From Octopus vulgaris (lineage: Eukaryota), in NCBI GenBank assembly GCA_951406725.2, contig OX597840.1:33480001-33544000 (forward strand): 64,000 nucleotides of DNA, in the 5' to 3' direction. The translations under genes and the position numbers were made by a program. Below, in pieces: positions 56,620 to 64,000 of the stretch. The stretch's first letter is position 1, and each line of letters begins with the position of its first letter. The notes beneath the pieces are model-generated. The model saw only the letters and a program-made list of their open reading frames with translations, did not search any database and was not told where the DNA came from.

Positions 56620-57010
56620 TCAAAACCGCTGACAAATGGTATAAACACCATCCTGAAGCTGTGACTGAGGGAGAAAATGTGTCGATTCTATGGGACTTCC
56701 CCGTACATACCGACAAAACTATAAAAGCTACCGGATATTGTTATAAAAGATCAGACAAAAAAGGTGTGTTTATTAATTGACATGAGTATTCCTTGCGATC
56801 GCAATCTAGCGGCGAAAGAATTTTACAAGATCAGAAATCGAAAAAATGTGGGATTTCAAGGTGACTACAGTACCAGCGATTGTAGGATCTCTAGGAATGA
56901 TAAAAAAAAGGTACTGAAACCTATTTGAAAATGATACCAAGCTTACCACCCCTACAGGAAGAGAAAAAATTCGTGTTAACAGGAACGACTCATGTACTGA
57001 GAAGACTTAT
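56620..57010 (+). pseudogene. R4/Dong-like restriction-like endonuclease relic (second lineage)
   Basis: Manual translation across frameshifts: KWYKHHPEAVTEGENVSILWDFPVHTDKTIKA/PDIVIKDQTKKVCLLIDMSIPCDRNLAAKE/EIEKMWDFKVTTVPAIVGSLGMI. Confidence 0.8.
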
Positions 57011-57020
57011 TTTAGAACAT

Positions 57021-57524
57021 GGTTGAGTCCATAAAATAGGATTTGACTACACCTCCATTTAGAGCACAGTTTAAGCTATCTTTTCGTGGAAGTAGGTTTA
57101 TGTTCCTATAACTTGTGTTAATTCTGTAACCCTTTAAAATGGAAGATAAAAACGTTCATTTTCGGAACTTGATGATTTGGGAACCAGACAAAATTTGCTG
57201 CAGCTCGGCTTAGATGTGTTATCCCACCCTCCATATATACCAAATATTGCCCCTTCGGATTTCCACTTATTCAGGTCTCTGCAGAATAGTCTTAATGGTA
57301 AAAATTTCAATTCCTTGGCTGACGTAAAAAGATACCTTGATGAATTCTTTGCTATGAAACCACCTCAATTCTGGGAAGAGAGTATTTTCGAGTTAAAGTA
57401 AAGATGAAGACGCATTGTGCAACAAAATGGTTCATATTTGGTTGATTAAAAATGCAATGGCAAGTATTTATTGACCTTTTTCTTTGCTTTAAAAATCGGC
57501 ACGAACTTTCCGGACAACCCAATA
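57021..57524 (+). pseudogene. Internally deleted mariner element
   Basis: MEDKNVHFR start joined to C-terminal HPPYIPNIAPSDFHLFRSLQN (HPPYSPDLAPSD motif); right end CGAACTTTCCGGACAACCCAATA. Confidence 0.88.
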
Positions 57525-57804
57525 CCATCAAGTACACCGAAGGCTTATTTTGCTATCTTCGATCGCACTGTTTATACGGACGTATTTCGTATGCGAAACG
57601 CCGTAACTTTCGGTGCTGGCTCTGAAATCTTTAGAAAATCTGTAGAGATAACTTTAAAAAGTGGAATGAAGTATCTTGCTCAATGGCACAATGTGCCGCC
57701 CGATACAGGAATTGAGCTTACGATACTATGATCACGTGTGGAATAACCTAATCACGAGGTCATGAATCTTCATCTCAACTGTGGCGGTGGGGACGGTGTA
57801 GGTG

Positions 57805-58180
57805 GTAAGGGTGGTGGTGGTAGTGGTATCGGCGGTGGTGGGGATGTTAGTGGCAGTGGTGGTGGTGGTGGTGGTATCGGTGGTGGTGGGGATGTTAGTG
57901 GCAGTGGTGGTGGTGGTGGTAGTATCGGCGGTGGTGGGGATGTTAGTGGCAGTGGTGGTGGTGGTGGTGGTGGTATCGGCGGTGATGGGGATGTTAGTGG
58001 TAGTGGTGGTGGTGGTGGTGGTGGTGGTGGTGGTGGTGGTGGTGGTGGTGGTATCGGTGGTGGTGGGGATGTTAGTGGCAGTGGTGGTGGTGGGGATGTT
58101 AGTGGCAGTGGTGGTGGTGGTGGTATCGGCGGTGGTGGGGATGTTAGTGTCAGTGGTTGTGGTATCGGCGGTGGTGTAGT
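57805..58180 (+). repeat. G-rich minisatellite ((GGT)n ATCGGCGGTGGTGGGGATGTTAGTGGCAGT), about 7-8 variable units
   Basis: Read directly. Confidence 0.88.
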
Positions 58181-58959
58181 GACAGAGATGGTGGTGCGGG
58201 TGGCTGTGGTCCATGTAGTTGTGGCGGTGATGGTGGAGGAGACGGTTCTAGTGCCGGTGGGGATGGTGGTGTTTCTGTTGGTGACTGTGGTTGTGGTGGT
58301 AGTGGTGGCGAGTGTGTAGGTGGTGATGATAGTGTTGGTTGTGTTGATGGAGGTGGTGATGGTGATGGTGGTTATTGTATAGGTGGTGGTTGTGGTGGTA
58401 GAGATTGTGGTGATGGAGGTAGTAGTAATGATAATTGTTGTAGCATAAGTGGTGGTTTTCTTAGAGGTTGTGGTGTAGGTGGCGTACGTGGTAGTTGTTG
58501 TGGTTGTGGTGTAGGTGGTGTAGGTTGTGGTCGTGGTGGTGGTGATGGTAGTGGTGGTAGTAGTGGAAGTGAAGCTTGTTGCAGAAGCAGTGATGGTAGT
58601 GGTGGTGGTTGTGGTGGAGGTGGAGGTAACTGTAGTGGTGGTAGCTGTGGTGGTATTCATACTTGTTGATGTAGTGTTTGTGGTGATGGTCGGAGTGTGG
58701 TTGGTTGTGGTAGGGGTCGTATTGGCGGCGGTGGTTGTGGTGGTGGTAGTGGTGGTGGTGGTGATGTTGGTAGTGGCGCTGCGGGTAGGGGTTAGTACTC
58801 AGGCGTGGGGTTAAGCAGAGGTAATGACCGCAAGTTCAAACAGAACCATTTTCAAAACCTCATTAATCAAAATAACATACTGAGATGCTGGAATGAAGAG
58901 AACAGCGAAACTAACAACAACAACAGCAACAACAACAATAAGAGCAACAGCAACAACAG

Positions 58960-59490
58960 TGGAGGCGCAATGGCCCTATGGTTAGGGCAGCAGACTCGCG
59001 GGCGTAGGATCGCGGTTTCGATTCCCAGACCGGGCGTTGTGTGTGTTTATTGAGCGAAAACATCTAAAGCTCCACGAGGCTCCGGCAGGGGGGTGGGTGG
59101 CGACCCCTGTTGTACTCTTTCACCCCAACTTTCTCTCATCCTTCCTGTATCTTGTCCCCGACTTCCTACGCAACCGCTGAGCCTGGATAGGTCGTTATGT
59201 GTGTTTATTGAGCGAAAACACCTGAAGCTCCACGAGGCTCTGGCAGGGGGGTGGGGGTGGCGACCCCTGTTGTACTCTTTTGCTCCGACTTTCTCTCCAC
59301 TTTTTCTTCCTGTTTCTTGTCCCCAACTTCCTACGCAACCGCTGAGCCTGGATGCGCATTCATCCATCCGTCGATGCTCTCGGTGTCGGGGGTTGACCTG
59401 CTTTCCCTTCTGCGGGTCTTTCGAATAGCAAAAAGGACCTCGTCTCGGACTTCTCCCACTGGACGAAGACCGCTACGCTCAACAACACAG
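58960..59490 (+). mobile_element. SINE family C with duplicated body and (CAA)n tail
   Basis: Head GGAGGCGCAATGGCC..GGTTTCGATTCCC; body 59039-59188 repeated at ~59198-59353. Confidence 0.78.
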
Positions 59491-59492
59491 CA

Positions 59493-59524
<32 letters not shown>

Positions 59525-59761
59525 ACAACAACATATTACAGAAGCAGCAGAAAAAACTGCAACGACAATATCAACAGCAATGATTAGTGTAAACACAGAC
59601 AGATGAAACATTCGTTAATACTCAGGATTGTGCAGGGAGTTCACACTGGACGCTATCCCACTGCAAAAGGGCGGTGAACTTGTGCAACATATATATATAT
59701 ATATAAGGACACAGGGGAAAATATGTCAAAGCCATCAGGAGGCGTTCGATGCTTCCTAGGG

Positions 59762-59931
<170 letters not shown>

Positions 59932-60041
59932 GTATATGTGTATATATATATATGTATATATGTATATATATATGTGAATATATATATGTATATATATATT
60001 TATTTATATATGAATATATATATATATATATATATATTCAC

Positions 60042-60076
<35 letters not shown>

Positions 60077-60264
60077 GGGAGAGTTTACGAAAAAAACAAA
60101 AGACGAAGACAGGTGGTGTAGAAAACAAACAGATGTATTAGTATAGAGCTCAGGAATAGAAAAAGTCTTTAATGTTTCGAGCCTACGCTCTTCTACAGAA
60201 AGAGACACAGAAAGAAACAAGGAGAGAAAAAAAATGTGTGTAGTGGCTACAGATCTATCATGGC

Positions 60265-60267
<3 letters not shown>
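60077..60267 (-). mobile_element. Family H1 pLTR/retrozyme-like unit
   Basis: Homologous to 22088-22279; (TA)n flanks. Confidence 0.62.
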
Positions 60268-60293
<26 letters not shown>

Positions 60294-60295
<2 letters not shown>

Positions 60296-61180
60296 CTCTA
60301 AGCTACTAAGCCTACTCTAAGCTACTAAGAATGCGTGTGGCAACTTGAAGATCCACCCACCACACGCCATAGACTGCCGGGTGCACGGGCGCGAAGGCTA
60401 CGCTGTTATCCTCATTCCGTAAACGGTGGCTTTTAACGGGTGGAGAGCTGAACCATCCAGTGGTACAGAGGATTTGCAATCTAGACTAGGATCTGTATGT
60501 TTTACCACACCATAGTGGGTTACACCATGGTTCCTCTGCTTTATGGCAGAAGTAGGAAGAAAGAGTGAGAGAAAGTTGTAGTGACAGAGTACAGCCGGGT
60601 TCACCACTCACCCCGCCGGAGCCTCGTGGAACTTAGTTGTTCGTGGAACAAAGGCGGCGAGCTGGCAGAAACGTTAGAACGCCGGACGAAGTGCTTACCG
60701 GTATTTCGTCTGCCGCAACGTTCTGAGTTCAAATTCCGCCGAGGTCGACTTTGCCTTTCATCCTTTCGGCGTCGATTAAATAAGTACCAGTTACGCACTG
60801 GGGGTCGATGTAATCGACTTAATCCGTTTGTCTCTCTTTGTTTGTCCCCTCTGTGTTTAGCCCCTTGTGGGCAGTAAAGAAATAGGTATTTCGTCTGCCG
60901 TTACGTTCTCATTTCAAATTCCGCCGAGGTCGACTTTGCCTTTTATCCTTTCGGGGTCGATTAAATAAGTACCAGTTACGCACTGGGATCGATATAATCG
61001 ACTTAATCCGTTTGTCTGTCCTTGTGTGTCCCCTCTATGTTTAGACCCTTGTGGGTAATAAAGAAATAGGAACTTAGGTGTTTTTGCTTAATAAACACTC
61101 ACAATGCCCGGTCTGGGAATCGAAACCGCGGTCTTACGACCGCGAGTCCGCTACCCTAACCACTGAGCCATTGCGCCTCC
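60294..61180 (-). mobile_element. SINE family C with an alternative 3' region, interrupted by SINE B
   Basis: Head 61070-61180, body resumes left of 60640, ends in a duplicated TTAGTAGCTTAGAGTA. Confidence 0.65.
60642..61068 (+). mobile_element. SINE family B, head plus two bodies, with 14-bp TSD
   Basis: TSD GGAACTTAG(T/G)TGTT at 60628-60641 and 61069-61082; junction AAAGAAATAGGTATTTCG as in the 19617 array. Confidence 0.85.
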
Positions 61181-61569
61181 ACTGCACTTGTTGTTGCTGC
61201 CGCTGTTGTTCCAGCCGCTGTTGCTGCTGCAGTTGTTGTTGCTGCTGTGAATGCAGCCGCAGCAACAGCAGCAGAAGTGATAAATGAGAAAATAAGGTAA
61301 TCATTCTACAGGATACAGTTGCGAACCAGCAATATTGCAACAGGGGGCTATTAATCACGTGGAAATATCTCTCTGCCTACCTCTGTCCCCTGACTACCAC
61401 CATCGCTGTCAACACCACAACCTTCGACACCGCCGCAGATGCCGACTTCGACACCGACAATAAAATCCCTCAACTAGGAGTAACTCGAATTGCTAAAAGC
61501 AACAACGAAATTTCCCTCAAATTTTATTCCACTTTTTAAAATTTTATTTCTTAGTTCTTTTTACTATAC

Positions 61570-62205
61570 TCTTTACTCTCCCTTTTACTTGTTTCAGTAA
61601 TTTGACTGCGGCCATGCTGGATCACCGCCTTTACTCGAGCAAATCGACCACAGGACTTATTCATTATAAGCCTAGTACTTAATCTATCGGTCTCTTTTGC
61701 TGAACCGCTAAGTTTCGGGGAGGTAAACACACCAGTATCGGTTGTCAAGCAATGTTGGGGACAAACACAGACACACAAACGTATACACATACACACATAC
61801 ATATATATATACATATATACGACGGGTTTCTTTGAGTTTCCGCCTACCAAATCCACTCACAAGGCTTTGGTCAGCTCGAGGCTATAGTAGAAGACACTTG
61901 ACCAAGGTGCCACGCAGTGGGACTGAACCTGGAACCATGTATATAGGTATGTGTATATATATGTATGTGTGAGTATATGTTTGTGTGTCTGTGTTTGTTC
62001 CACGCCTTCCCCCCCAACATCGCTTGACAACCGATGCTGGTGTGTTTACGTCCCCGTAACTTAGCGGTTCGGCAAAAGAGATCCGATAGAATAAGTAGTA
62101 GGCTTCCAAAGAATAAGTCCTGGGTTCGATTTGCTCGACTAAAAAGGCGGTGCTCCAGCATGGCCGCAGTCAAATGACCGAAACAAGTAAAAGAGAGTAA
62201 AAGAG
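61570..62205. mobile_element. Two opposed SINE A pieces (61570-61940 minus, 61980-62205 plus)
   Basis: Family A sequence in both orientations. Confidence 0.82.
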
Positions 62206-62654
62206 TAGAGAGAGCCATAACTGCAATAACAGTAACAACTACAACAACAATGACAACAACAACAAGAATAACAACACCCCCTTCCTTCCTTGCTTCCATC
62301 CTTCCTTGCCTTTCTTCCTTTCTTCCTTCCTTTTCTTCTCTTTCTTCCCTTTCTTCAATTCTTCTATTCATAATTGTACCCGACCTGCTTGACTTCTACT
62401 TCATCATTTTCCTTCAAACCTCTCCTCTACTTCATATAAAGGAGGGCCCCCACCCTTTATTATTACAGCTCCCCCATCATTTTAAAGCCTACCTAACCCC
62501 CTTCATCAAACCCTAAATGCCTCAAACCTCAAACCTCATCCCTCAAAACCCTCGTGCCACGTCATTCGTTTCAAAACGGCAGCCATTTTTCATTGCGTTT
62601 TGTCAGCTTTTAACGTTGCAGAGTTGTTCACTTGTAATGAGTCTGTGTCTACAT

Positions 62655-62755
62655 GTGTGTATGTGTGTATGTATGTATGTATGTATGTATGTATGTATGT
62701 ATGTATGTATGTATGTATGTATGTGTGTATGTATGTATGTATGTATGTATGTATG

Positions 62756-62789
<34 letters not shown>

Positions 62790-63330
62790 TGTATGTATGT
62801 GTGTATGTGTGTATGTATGTATGTATGTATGTATGTATGTATGTATGTATATATGTATGTATGTATGTATGTGTGTATGTATGTATGTATGTATGTATGT
62901 ATGTATGTATGCAAGTATGTATGTAATTGTGTATGTATGTATGTATGTATGTATGTATGTATGTATGTATGTATGTATGCAAGTATGTATGTAATTGTGT
63001 ATGTATGTATGTATGTATGTATGTATGTATGTATGTATGTATGTATGTATGTATGTATGTATGTATGTATGTATGTATGTATGCAAGTATGTATGTAATT
63101 GTGTATGTATGTATGTATGTATGTATGTATGTATGTATGTATGTGTGTATGTATGTATGTATGTATGTATGTATGTATGTATGTATGTATGTAGATATGC
63201 AAGTATGTATGCAAGTATGTATGTATGTATGTAAGTATGTATATATATATGTATGTATCTATGCAAATATGTATGTATGTATGTATGCATGTATCTATAT
63301 ATGTATGTATGGATGGATGGATGGATGTAT
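62655..63330. repeat. (TATG)n microsatellite with higher-order GCAAGTATGTATGTAATTGT units
   Basis: Read directly. Confidence 0.92.
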
Positions 63331-63684
63331 ATATGCATGTATATATGTACGCAAGTATGCATGTATGTATGTATATATGTATGTATGTGTGCATATTTGT
63401 ACGCATGTATTCATGCGTGTATGTACGCATGCGTGCATGTATTTGTACACGCGTTTATATGCATGCGTGTATGTAAGTATGTATGTATGTGTGCATATGG
63501 GTAGGTATGTATTTATATATATGTGCGAGTTTGTGCGTTTGCATGAGCATATAATAGTGCATATGCGCATGCATGTGTATGTAAACATGTCAGAATGAAT
63601 GTGTGTATGTGTATGGATGCATATATTTATATTTGTGTGTGTGTATATGTGTTTATATATATATATATGTATACATATACATAT

Positions 63685-63894
63685 AAAGTTAATCCAAACA
63701 TGAAAGCACAAAAAAAAAACACACAACAACGCGAGGATGTGGAACAAATATAGTATTATTGGACGCTCAGGAAAGAAGGAAAGAAGGAGGGTTTAACGTT
63801 TCGAGCGGAGCTCTTCGTCGGAAACATAGGAGAAGGAAAGATCCAGAGAAGGGAAGACAGTGGAAACAAAATCGCCAACGGTACACACGCGGTC

Positions 63895-63898
<4 letters not shown>
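63685..63898 (-). mobile_element. Family H2 unit with hammerhead at 63791-63825
   Basis: Homologous to 25959-26172. Confidence 0.65.
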
Positions 63899-63981
<83 letters not shown>

Positions 63982-64000
63982 CATATACATACATATCGGG

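Noticed and set aside
57732-58660. Mucin-, extensin- or glycine-rich protein
   Set aside because: Trinucleotide-based minisatellite open in most frames, with no signal peptide or splice support; not strictly excluded.

Overview
Eukaryotic, microsatellite-saturated DNA with no recognisable host protein-coding gene. The SINE families look like those of an octopus (coleoid cephalopod); this is recalled, not searched. Almost all ORFs in the track are translations of simple repeats. Main contents: (1) an eight-unit ~1.1-2.2 kb tandem array (1-12960) whose near-invariant ~120-bp core carries a perfect GGTCAnnnTGACC palindrome, CCAAT boxes and a GC box; (2) a near-intact full-length L1/Tx1-clade LINE (27288-33178, minus) embedded in (TATC)n, plus two 3' fragments also ending in TATC; (3) a SINE whose tail resembles that LINE's 3' end and whose body is tandemly amplified; (4) many short, often (TA)n-flanked, Penelope pLTR/retrozyme-like pieces carrying minimal hammerhead ribozyme motifs, several as long fold-backs; (5) a clustered family of about 17 GGTCA-rich modules headed by a TACTAA-N-TTAGTA hairpin and arranged in inverted duplications; (6) Helitron, mariner, RTE and R4/Dong-like relics; (7) a decayed 18S rRNA 3' end plus ITS1 interrupted by an RTE insertion with a 53-bp target-site duplication. 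Coordinates were read by eye and boundaries are approximate; no searches or folding were run.
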